Shown in pieces: positions 9,276-16,614 of a stretch of 64,000 nucleotides of DNA; the stretch's first letter is position 1, and each line of letters opens with the position of its first letter. Both the position numbers and the translations under genes were made by a program. The notes beneath the pieces were generated by a model that had not been told where the DNA came from, did not search any database, and was given only the letters and a program-made list of their open reading frames with translations. The stretch comes from an uncultured Acidobacteriota bacterium. Lineage in GTDB: Bacteria; Acidobacteriota; Vicinamibacteria; Fen-336. Location of the stretch: the NCBI GenBank assembly GCA_963831755.1, contig CAWHRC010000009.1, forward strand, positions 793,241-857,240, in the 5' to 3' direction.

Positions 9276-10145
9276 ATGTCAGGGCTGGCGTTGGCAGTGT
9301 TCCTCCTCGCGCAGCCGGCACCGGCGGCGGCGCCGGGGACCGAGGTCCGCGCGTTGACGGTGAGCTTTCTCGACGAGCAGGGCGGGGAGGTGGCCGACCT
9401 CGGGCCGGCCGACGTGGCCCTCACCGAGAACGGCGTCGCGCGAGAGATCACCTCGTTCAAGCCGGACCGGCGGCCGCTGTCGGTGGCGGTGATCGTGGAC
9501 TCGAGCGCGGCGGTCGGGTCGGCGTACCGCCTCAACGTCGTGGAGGCCGTGAGCGGCCTGATCACCCGCCTGCCCGACGGCGCGCGCTACGCCGTGTGGA
9601 CGAGCGGCGACCGGCCCTTCAAGCTCGTGGACTTCACCGACGATCGCCAGGCGGCCGGCAAGGCCCTGCGCCTCGTCTCGCCTCAGGGCGGCAACTACAT
9701 GCTCGACGCTCTCTCCGAGGCGGCCAGCGACCTCAAGAAGCTCGCCCGGGAGGGCGACCGCAGCGTGGTGGTGGCGATCACCTTCACCGGCCCGGAGTTC
9801 AGCTACCGGGACAAGTACCGCGCCACCGAGGAGGCGCAAAAGGGCGCGGAGCTGTTCGTCGCGGTCCAGGTCGACGACAGCGAGGCGGACTTCGACACCC
9901 GCTCGAACCTCGGCTACACGCTCGACCGGCTGGCGGCGGCGAGCGGAGGCCGCTACGAGGTGATCCTCTCGCCGATGGGGCTGGACGGCGCGCTGCGCAA
10001 GGCCTCGGCTACGCTCAGGGCGGGCTATCGCGTCGCCTACGCGACCGTGCCCGACCTCAAGCGGCGCAAGCTGGAGCTGACCGTGGCCCGGCCGAAGACG
10101 AAGGTCCTGCTGCCCGCCGGCACGAGCCCGGCGCCCCGCTCGTGA
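9276..10145 (+). CDS. VWA domain protein (TIGR03436 'VWFA-related Acidobacterial' type), secreted
   Basis: ATG 9276 is preceded by GAGGGAG. It has a signal peptide, then SFLDEQGGEV..L...DVALTENGVAREITSF...LSVAVIVDSS, the family-typical opening. It is paralogous to the next gene. Confidence 0.7.
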   Translation: MSGLALAVFLLAQPAPAAAPGTEVRALTVSFLDEQGGEVADLGPADVALTENGVAREITSFKPDRRPLSVAVIVDSSAAVGSAYRLNVVEAVSGLITRLPDGARYAVWTSGDRPFKLVDFTDDRQAAGKALRLVSPQGGNYMLDALSEAASDLKKLAREGDRSVVVAITFTGPEFSYRDKYRATEEAQKGAELFVAVQVDDSEADFDTRSNLGYTLDRLAAASGGRYEVILSPMGLDGALRKASATLRAGYRVAYATVPDLKRRKLELTVARPKTKVLLPAGTSPAPRS

Positions 10146-11071
10146 GGGCCCTCGTCCTGCCGCTGGCGCTGGGCGCGGTCCTGGCCGCGCCCGCGCCGGC
10201 GCAGCCGCAGGCCCGGACACAGCCCCCGACCTTCGGCACGGGCATCGAGATCATCAACCTCAGCCTCTCGGTCACCGACGCTCGCAACAACTTCGTGACC
10301 GACCTCGGCGAGAAGGACTTCGCCGTGTACGAGGACGGGATCCGGCAGGATCTGAGCCTGTTCACCCACGAGAACCTGCCGATCTCGCTGGTGCTGATGA
10401 TCGACACGTCCGCGTCGATGGAGGAGAAGCTCGCCACCGCGCAGGCGGCGGCGATCCGCTTCACGAAGACGCTGCGCCCGCAGGACCTCGCACAGGTCGT
10501 GCAGTTCAACGACCGCTCGACGACGCTGCAGCCCTTCACCAACGACCAGGCGGCGCTCGAGGCGGCGATCCGCCGGACGGAGGCCTCCGGCCCGACCGCG
10601 TTGCACAACTCGCTCTACGTCGCGATCAAGGACCTGATGAGGGACAAGAAGGCGGCCGAGCTGCGCCGGCGGGCGATCGTGCTGCTCTCGGACGGCGAGG
10701 ACACCGCCTCGCTGGTGACCGACGACCAGGTGCTGGAGCTGGCACGCAAGAGCGAGATCAACATCTACGCGATCAGCCTGCGCGCCAACCGACCGCAGGA
10801 CCGCGAGCGCCAGGCCTTCAGCCAGGCCGAGTACCTGATCAACGCGCTCACCCGGGACACCGGCGGCCGCGCGTACTTCCCGACCTCGCTCGGGGAGCTC
10901 GACTCGGTCTACGACCGCATCGCCGAGGAGCTGCGCACGCTCTACAGCGTCGGCTACGTCTCGTCCAACGGCCGGCGGGACGGCAAGTGGCGGCGCATCG
11001 TCGTGCGCGTGGCGGACCGTGAAGGCCTCACGATCCGCCACAAGCTCGGCTACTACGCTCCCGCGAGCTGA
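10142..11071 (+). CDS. VWA domain protein (TIGR03436 type), secreted
   Basis: The GTG at 10142 overlaps the upstream TGA (a GTGA overlap). FGTGIEIINLSLSVTDARNNFVTDLGEKDFAVYEDGIRQDLSLF...ISLVLMIDTSASM...RRAIVLLSDGEDT contains a DxSxS MIDAS motif. Confidence 0.8.
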   Translation: MRALVLPLALGAVLAAPAPAQPQARTQPPTFGTGIEIINLSLSVTDARNNFVTDLGEKDFAVYEDGIRQDLSLFTHENLPISLVLMIDTSASMEEKLATAQAAAIRFTKTLRPQDLAQVVQFNDRSTTLQPFTNDQAALEAAIRRTEASGPTALHNSLYVAIKDLMRDKKAAELRRRAIVLLSDGEDTASLVTDDQVLELARKSEINIYAISLRANRPQDRERQAFSQAEYLINALTRDTGGRAYFPTSLGELDSVYDRIAEELRTLYSVGYVSSNGRRDGKWRRIVVRVADREGLTIRHKLGYYAPAS

Positions 11072-11239
11072 CTTGTCCTGGGTGGTGCTGCGCCGCCCCC
11101 CTCAGACTCCCCGCTCGCTCCGGCGAAGTGAATTCGCCTGCGCTCGCAGCCCGTTGCCTGTCAGCCGTGCTGTGTCGCACTCCCCAGACCCCCCCTCCGC
11201 TTCGCGGGAATGACGCCCGAGCGTCAGCGAGGCCGAGAG

Positions 11240-11271
11240 CCCGGACTCTGCACCGTTGTGCGGAGTCCGGG
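11240..11271. terminator. strong GC hairpin between convergent genes (candidate bidirectional terminator)
   Basis: CCCGGACTC-t-GCAC-cgtt-GTGC-g-GAGTCCGGG forms 9+4 bp of stem. It lies between the VWA stop (11071) and the Tyr/Gly-rich gene stop (11326). There is no U-tract. Confidence 0.4.
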
Positions 11272-11325
11272 GTCAATCCCGCTCCGCTCCGAGCTCGTGG
11301 CCTGATGGCCGTGCCTCGCTCGCCG

Positions 11326-11772
11326 TCAGAATCGGAAGAAGATGCGGATCCGGGGCCGCGGGCGGTAGTAGCGGCGCGGCGGCGGTGGGGGCGGGTACGG
11401 GTAGTAGCCATAGCCGTAGCCGTAGCCGTCGTAGCCGTAGTCGTAGTATCCGTAGTCGTAGTACGGGTAGGCGTAGTAGCCGCCGTAACCGTAGCTACGG
11501 CCGTATCCACGAGTGCCACGGCCGTAACGGCTTCCATAGTTGCGGCTGCTGCCGTAATACGGGGCGGATCTGGAGTACCCCCGGTTGGAGTAGCCCCGGT
11601 TCGAATAGCCTCGGTTCGAATAGCCTCGGTTGGAGTAATCCCGGCTGGAGTAGCCCCGGCTGGAATAGCGATGGCCGTCCCGCTGGTTCCCGGCCTCGAC
11701 GGGCACCGGTGCGGCGAGTGCGACAGTGGCGAGCGCGAGGACCGGAGTGAGGGCGAAGGCGAGAGCTTTCAT
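11326..11772 (-). CDS. secreted Tyr/Gly/Arg/Ser low-complexity repeat protein
   Basis: ATG 11772 is preceded by GGGAGG. The signal peptide is MKALAFALTPVLALATVALAAPVPVEA. The mature part is built almost only from Y, G, R, S, N, D and P: six tandem S(S/N)R(G/D)Y pentapeptides, then a YG/YY/DY region, PPPPPP, and ...RIRIFFRF at the end. Confidence 0.7.
   Translation of the reverse strand: MKALAFALTPVLALATVALAAPVPVEAGNQRDGHRYSSRGYSSRDYSNRGYSNRGYSNRGYSNRGYSRSAPYYGSSRNYGSRYGRGTRGYGRSYGYGGYYAYPYYDYGYYDYGYDGYGYGYGYYPYPPPPPPRRYYRPRPRIRIFFRF
11575..11664 (-). repeat. six tandem 15-nt units encoding the pentapeptide S-(S/N)-R-(G/D)-Y
   Basis: Residues 37-66 of the protein read SSRGY SSRDY SNRGY SNRGY SNRGY SNRGY. 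The DNA shows the matching ...gtagccccggtt / gaatagcctcggtt... periodicity. Confidence 0.8.
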
Positions 11773-11915
11773 GCGAGACCTCCCGATACGTCTCGAGGAC
11801 TGAAGAAGCAAGTGGCGTTCCAACGCCCGTGACCTAGGCGTTCAACGACTTAGCGCCGGACGGGCCCTGCGGCCGTCCCCGGTGGACGAGGAAGCTGTCG
11901 CATCCTTGTGACGCT

Positions 11916-12344
11916 TCAGTCCACCCACACCCGAACCGTCGCGTCCTCGTCGTCGACCTCGACCAGGCTCTGGCCGGCGTCGAGCGAGCGCAGGACCTCG
12001 CCGATCGTCGGGCCGCGGCCCTTCGCACCGCGGTGGCACACGGGCAGCGGCCAGTCGTCGGCAAAGGCGCGGACGATGCCGAGCGGCAGGTTGAGGGACA
12101 CCCGCGACCCCTTGCCGGTCTTGTCGACGACGCGCAGGCGGAACCATTTCGGCTCGGCGCCGCGCCGCCGGGCCGGGGCGGGTTCCTCTTCGGCTGCGGG
12201 GCGGGCCGTCGCCTGCTCCGCCGCCCGGGTCGGGGCGGCCGCCACCGCCCTCTTCACCGCGGCCAGGTCGTCGTCGGCGCGGTCGGCGGCAGCCGGCGCG
12301 GCCAGCGCCAGGGCGACCACAGCTGCGTACAGCGTCGTCTTCAT
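11916..12344 (-). CDS. small secreted protein carrying an uncharacterised C-terminal domain that is paralogous to the upstream gene's C-terminus
   Basis: ATG 12344 is preceded by AGGAGG and followed by a signal peptide. The C-terminal WFRLRVVDKTGKGSRVSLNLPLGIV...LVEVDDEDATVRVWVD aligns with WIRVRIYEKGEARARVSVNLPVGLA...ILTIEGDGGERVQVWIE of ORF 12370..13212. Confidence 0.65.
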   Translation of the reverse strand: MKTTLYAAVVALALAAPAAADRADDDLAAVKRAVAAAPTRAAEQATARPAAEEEPAPARRRGAEPKWFRLRVVDKTGKGSRVSLNLPLGIVRAFADDWPLPVCHRGAKGRGPTIGEVLRSLDAGQSLVEVDDEDATVRVWVD

Positions 12345-12369
12345 GGCCTCTCCTCCTGCTCCCTTCTCG

Positions 12370-13212
12370 CTACTCGATCCACACCTGCACGCGCTCGCCC
12401 CCGTCCCCCTCGATCGTGAGGATGTCGGTGGGCCCCGTGTGCTTCAGGCGCTCCCAGAAGCTGCCGGCGTCGTAGCCCTTCCTGCGCAGCTCGGCCCGCG
12501 TCTCGTCGGGCAGGCTCTTGAACAGCAGCTCGGCGAGCCCCACCGGCAGGTTGACCGAGACGCGCGCCCGCGCCTCGCCCTTCTCGTAGATGCGCACGCG
12601 GATCCAGCTCGCCTGGCGCGCGGGGTGGCGCGGCACGGGCGAGGGCACGGCCTTCGTGAGCGCCGAGGGGTCGACGCGCAGCAGCGCGAGCTTCGCCCGT
12701 TCGACGAGGTCCTCGTCCTTCTCGTGCGCCAGGATGTCCTTCAGCACGGGCACGGCCGGCCGGCCGGCCTCGGGGCCGAGTGTCGCGAGACGGAGGGCGG
12801 CGAAGTAGCGCACCGTGCGGCTCGGGTCCGCGAGCGCGTCGCGCGCGAGGCCCAGGTGCGACGGCTTGCCGGCCCTGGAGAGCTTGACCGCCAGCTCGAC
12901 ACGGCTCGTGCGCGCCTCCTCCGCCAGCGTGCGGTCGGCCGGGCGGGACGACAGGAACTCCCCGTACTCGCCGAGCGCCCGCTCGCTCTCGCCCAGGTTC
13001 TCGCTGCAGCGCGCGATCCAGTAGAGCGCGGCCTGCGCGTCGGCGCCGCCGCCCGAGCTGCGGATCGCCTGCCAGGCCTGCCGCGCCTGCGCGTACTCGC
13101 GGTCGAAGAACAGCGCCTTCGCCGTGCGCAGCCGCTCCGCGTCCACCTGTGGCCGGGCCGCCGCGGGCAGCAGCAGCGCCACCAGCGCGAGCGCCAGGGA
13201 TCGTGCCCTCAT
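12370..13212 (-). CDS. secreted TPR/HEAT-repeat protein with the same uncharacterised C-terminal domain
   Basis: It has a signal peptide, a TPR-like YAQARQAWQAI...ALYWIARCSENLG segment, a HEAT-like RTVRYFAALRLATLGPEAGRPAVPVLKDILAHEKDEDLVERAKLALL segment, and the C-terminal domain shared with 11916..12344. Its start ATGA-overlaps the anti-sigma stop. Confidence 0.65.
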   Translation of the reverse strand: MRARSLALALVALLLPAAARPQVDAERLRTAKALFFDREYAQARQAWQAIRSSGGGADAQAALYWIARCSENLGESERALGEYGEFLSSRPADRTLAEEARTSRVELAVKLSRAGKPSHLGLARDALADPSRTVRYFAALRLATLGPEAGRPAVPVLKDILAHEKDEDLVERAKLALLRVDPSALTKAVPSPVPRHPARQASWIRVRIYEKGEARARVSVNLPVGLAELLFKSLPDETRAELRRKGYDAGSFWERLKHTGPTDILTIEGDGGERVQVWIE

Positions 13213-13994
13213 CCTTCCAGCTCCCGTGTCATCAGTCGGATCCGCATCAGCAGCTGCCGCCTCTCGACCTGCGCCCGGACCCGCTCCACGTCACGGCGCC
13301 TCACGCACGAGGGCAGCTCGGCCACCTCGCGCAGCGCCTGCTCCACGTCGTCGAGCACGCCCTGCGCGCTCGCCACCGCCTGGCCGCCCGATTCGAGCAC
13401 CAGCTGCCGCCGCTCGAGCAGCTCGCGGCTGCGCTCGGGCGCCTCGCCGACGTCGAGCCGGTCGTCGCGCCGGTCGCAGTCGAGCCCGGTCGCCGACACC
13501 GAGACGAGCAGCGCGCTCGCCTCGTTCAGGTAGCGGGCGGCGTGCTCGCGGGCCACGTTCCTCTCGATCCGGGCGAGCGTGTCCTCCGCCACCTGGGGCG
13601 GGGCTTCGAGCGGCGGGATCGCCGCCCGCACCGGCAGCGCGGACGGCCTGAACCGCTCGACCAGGCGCGGCACGAGCACGGCCGCCGCGAGCGTCGCGGC
13701 CGCCACCGGCAGCGCCACCAGCCACCAGCGGGGCTTGCCGCGCGGGGAGACGAGCGCTCTCTCCAGCTCGCGCTCGACGCGCGAGACCAGCACGGCCACG
13801 GGCAGCTCCGGCTCCGCCTCGCGCAGCGGATCGGCCTCGAGCTCCCGGACGAGCGCGCTCAGCTGGGCGTGCTCGGCCCGGCAGCGGGCGCAGCGCTCCA
13901 GGTGCGCGAGCGTCTCGTCGCGCTCGCGGCCCTCGAGCACGCCCGCGGCCAGCAGGCTGACGCGCCGGCGCAGCCGCAGGTGGCCGAGCGTCAC
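13209..13994 (-). CDS. anti-sigma factor (zf-HC2 type, single-pass membrane)
   Basis: The N-terminal HLERCARCRAEH matches the H-x3-C-x2-C zinc motif. There is a TM segment (WWLVALPVAAATLAAAVLV) and a periplasmic C-terminal region. The start overlaps the sigma stop (GTGA). Confidence 0.75.
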   Translation of the reverse strand: MTLGHLRLRRRVSLLAAGVLEGRERDETLAHLERCARCRAEHAQLSALVRELEADPLREAEPELPVAVLVSRVERELERALVSPRGKPRWWLVALPVAAATLAAAVLVPRLVERFRPSALPVRAAIPPLEAPPQVAEDTLARIERNVAREHAARYLNEASALLVSVSATGLDCDRRDDRLDVGEAPERSRELLERRQLVLESGGQAVASAQGVLDDVEQALREVAELPSCVRRRDVERVRAQVERRQLLMRIRLMTRELEG

Positions 13995-14569
13995 GGCCGT
14001 CCCTCCCCGGCGAGCCCGCCCCGCAGGCGGTGCAGCGCCCGGTGCAGGCTGCTCTTGACGGTTCCCAGGCTGATGCCGAGGGTGCCCGCGATCTCCTCGA
14101 GGCTCAGGTCCTGGTAGTGGCGGAGGAGCACGACGGCGCGCTGCCGCTCCGGCAGCGTGGCGAGCGCGGCGCGCAGGCGCTCGCGCGCCTCGCGCCCCGC
14201 GAGCGGGCGCTCGGGGCCGTCGTCGCTCCGGCCGAGCGAGGGGTCATGGTCGCCCTCCGGGAGCGGCGCGAAGGTCCGCAGCCGGCGCTGGTTGCGCCGC
14301 CAGCGGTCGATCGAGAGGTTCACGGCGATCCGCCCGAGCCACGGCGCCGCGGCGGCCGAGCCGTCCCAGCGCCCCGCGTTGCGGTACGCCTTCACGAAGC
14401 ACTCCTGCACGACGTCGAGCGCGTCGTCGGGCTGGCGCAGGTAGGAGAGGGCGATCCGGTAGAGCCGGCGGTAGTGCCGCTGCATGAGCGGCGCGAGGGC
14501 CTCGCGGTCGCCGGCCGCCAGCCGCGCCATGAGCTCACGATCACCCTCGTCCCCCCGGGACGGCTCCAT
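13991..14569 (-). CDS. ECF-type RNA polymerase sigma-70 factor
   Basis: Region 2 is LYRIALSYLRQPDDALDVVQECFVKAY...WLGRIAVNLSIDRWRR. Region 4 is LPERQRAVVLLRHYQDLSLEEIAGTLGISLGTVKSSLHRA. ATG 14569 gives 192 aa; the alternative GTG is at 14614. Confidence 0.85.
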   Translation of the reverse strand: MEPSRGDEGDRELMARLAAGDREALAPLMQRHYRRLYRIALSYLRQPDDALDVVQECFVKAYRNAGRWDGSAAAAPWLGRIAVNLSIDRWRRNQRRLRTFAPLPEGDHDPSLGRSDDGPERPLAGREARERLRAALATLPERQRAVVLLRHYQDLSLEEIAGTLGISLGTVKSSLHRALHRLRGGLAGEGRP

Positions 14570-14733
14570 CCGCCGAGTGCCCTCTCCTGCCGCGCCGGCC
14601 TGCCATTGGACCACGGCGACACCTGCCCGCCTAGCCGAGCCAGACGAGCGCCGGGTCGCCAGCCTCCTGTCTCATTCCGCCCTTTGCCTCCGATCTCGTA
14701 ACGCGCGAGCCAGCGCCCCGGTTCCCCGCCTCG

Positions 14734-14762
14734 TTGCGGCGCAGGGGCCCACCGCCCATAAT
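14734..14762 (+). promoter_or_regulatory. candidate sigma-70 promoter for the LOG gene
   Basis: TTGCGG-17 nt-CATAAT, ending 25 nt upstream of the proposed TTG start. Confidence 0.35.
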
Positions 14763-14786
14763 CCGGAGCCGCCGCAGGGAGGGCCC

Positions 14787-15440
14787 TTGCAGGATCAGCC
14801 GACGGTCCCGGACTTCACCTCCGAAGACACCTGGCGCATCTTCCGGATCATGGCGGAGTTCGTGGACGGCTTCGAGGGGCTCTCCCGGGTCCGCCGCGCG
14901 GTCACCGTCTTCGGCTCCGCGCGCAGCCGGCCCGGAGACCCCGACTACCGTCGCGCGGAAGAGCTGGGGCGCGGTCTGGCCCGCGCCGGCTACACCGTGA
15001 TCACCGGAGGCGGGCCTGGCGACATGGAGGCGGTCAGCAAGGGCGCCTTCGAGGCCGGCGGCCGGACGGTCGGTGTCTGCATCGAGCTGCCACGCGAGGA
15101 GAAGCCCAACCCCTACCTCACGCACGCGATCAGCTTCCGCTACTTCTTCGTGCGCAAGGTGATGTTCGTGAAGTACTCGAGGGGCTTCGTGATCCTGCCC
15201 GGCGGGTTCGGCACGCTCGACGAGCTGTTCGAGTGCCTGACGCTCGTGCAGACCCACAAGGTGCCGCCGTCCCCGGTGATCCTCGCCGGCGACGACGGGT
15301 TCTGGGACGGCCTGCTGTCGTGGCTGAGCTCGTCCCTGATGCGCCGCGGCAAGATCGGCCCGGAGGACCTCACGCTGCTGCGCCGGGCGGCCAGCGCGGA
15401 GGAGGTGGTTGCGCTGCTGGCCCGCGAGATCCCCGACTGA
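14787..15440 (+). CDS. LOG family protein (TIGR00730; cytokinin riboside 5'-monophosphate phosphoribohydrolase-like)
   Basis: DTWRIFRIMAEFVDGF, VFGSAR, ITGGGPGDMEA and PGGFGTLDELFE are hallmark motifs. TTG 14787 (GGGAGGG upstream) is the only in-frame start upstream of the conserved TWRIFRIM block. Confidence 0.85.
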   Translation: MQDQPTVPDFTSEDTWRIFRIMAEFVDGFEGLSRVRRAVTVFGSARSRPGDPDYRRAEELGRGLARAGYTVITGGGPGDMEAVSKGAFEAGGRTVGVCIELPREEKPNPYLTHAISFRYFFVRKVMFVKYSRGFVILPGGFGTLDELFECLTLVQTHKVPPSPVILAGDDGFWDGLLSWLSSSLMRRGKIGPEDLTLLRRAASAEEVVALLAREIPD

Positions 15441-15465
15441 AGCCGGTGTCGCGCCGGGCGGCCGT

Positions 15466-15822
15466 CTACTTCGTGTTCTTGGACGGGCCGAGCACCGCCC
15501 AGATCAGCCAGTTGACCACCATCACGACCAGGCTGCCGAGGATGCCGGCCCACAGCCCGTGCACCTGGTAGGCGGGCATGAACCAGGAGAACACCAGCAG
15601 CAGCAGCCCGTTCATCACGAAGTAGAACAGCCCCAGCGTCAGCAGGATGAAGGGCAGCGCGAGGAACATCGCGATCGGGCGCACGATCAGGTTGAGCAGC
15701 CCGAAGACGGCGCCTGCGACGAGCAGGCCGACGAGCGAGCCGCTCCAGCTGATGCCCGGGACGACCTGTGTCGTGGCGTAGAGGGCCACGGCGTTGCCGA
15801 GGATCGTCAGCAGGACCTTCAT
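15466..15822 (-). CDS. four-TM 'phage holin family IV' (PF04020-like) membrane protein
   Basis: 118 aa, MKVLLTILGNAVALYATTQVVPGISWSG...LNLIVRPI...LPFILLTLGLFYFVMNGLLL. GGAGGTG precedes the ATG. The start overlaps the upstream stop (ATGA). Confidence 0.65.
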   Translation of the reverse strand: MKVLLTILGNAVALYATTQVVPGISWSGSLVGLLVAGAVFGLLNLIVRPIAMFLALPFILLTLGLFYFVMNGLLLLVFSWFMPAYQVHGLWAGILGSLVVMVVNWLIWAVLGPSKNTK

Positions 15823-16520
15823 GGCGCCACCTCCGGCGGCCGCCGCTCGTCCACCAGGCGCCAGCCCGCGGGCACCTCGAAGCGCTCGGCGGGGACCGCG
15901 GCGGCGCGGATCAGGGTCACCGTCGAGACCGTCTCCTTCAGCTCCCCCAGCACGTTCACGCGCATCCGCGTCTCGAGCGGGAACCCTGGCAGCGCCCGGA
16001 TGGCGGCGACCAGCCCCGACAGGGCCTGCGCGGCGCCCGACCACTCGAGGAAGTCGGCGAAGGTGTCGGCGCGCGCCGGCACGTCGTCCGCGACCCAGGT
16101 CTCGACCACGACCGAGCGGCTGGCGATGCGGAAGCCCTGGCAGGCGTGACCGGCGATCGTGCGCTGCTTCTGGAGCGGGCTCGTGCGCAGCCGCTCCTCG
16201 CCGAGGCCCCCCATCAGCCCGGCGGCCACGGCGGCGTCCGAGGCCGAGCGCGCGCGCAGCTGCGCCGCATCGAGCTCGATGGCGGTGCGCGACTCGGGGT
16301 CGAGCCGGAGGACGCGTCCCTCGTCCAGGCGCAGCACGAGCGCCGGGCCGCCGGGCGCGTCGGCGGCCTCGAGCCGCATGCGGCGCCCCGAGCACCAGAC
16401 CCGCGAGCGCACCCCCCGCGGCGCCAGGGCCCTGCCCTGGGCGAGTGCCGTGGTCTGCTCGAAGTAGAGCCCCTGGGCGGGGGCGGCGGCGAGCACGGCG
16501 GCGAGCAGCGGTCCGATCAT
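15819..16520 (-). CDS. secreted hypothetical protein (DUF4412-like by pattern)
   Basis: 233 aa with a short signal peptide. The FEQTT...RVWCSGRRMRLE...LRLDEGRVLRLDPESRTAIELD pattern is seen in DUF4412-type beta-rich proteins; this assignment is weak. Confidence 0.5.
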   Translation of the reverse strand: MIGPLLAAVLAAAPAQGLYFEQTTALAQGRALAPRGVRSRVWCSGRRMRLEAADAPGGPALVLRLDEGRVLRLDPESRTAIELDAAQLRARSASDAAVAAGLMGGLGEERLRTSPLQKQRTIAGHACQGFRIASRSVVVETWVADDVPARADTFADFLEWSGAAQALSGLVAAIRALPGFPLETRMRVNVLGELKETVSTVTLIRAAAVPAERFEVPAGWRLVDERRPPEVAP

Positions 16521-16614
16521 CCGGGCGTTCCCTTCAAGAAAGATACAATGAACCCCGACCGAGCGTCGATCATACAGTCTCCCGGTCCGCTGCCGGGGTG
16601 AAGAGAGCGCGCGC

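Noticed and set aside
15466-15822. A 'phage holin family IV' protein as an indicator of a prophage.
   Set aside because: No capsid, tail, integrase, lysin or terminase genes lie nearby. This four-TM family is widespread as a chromosomal membrane protein.
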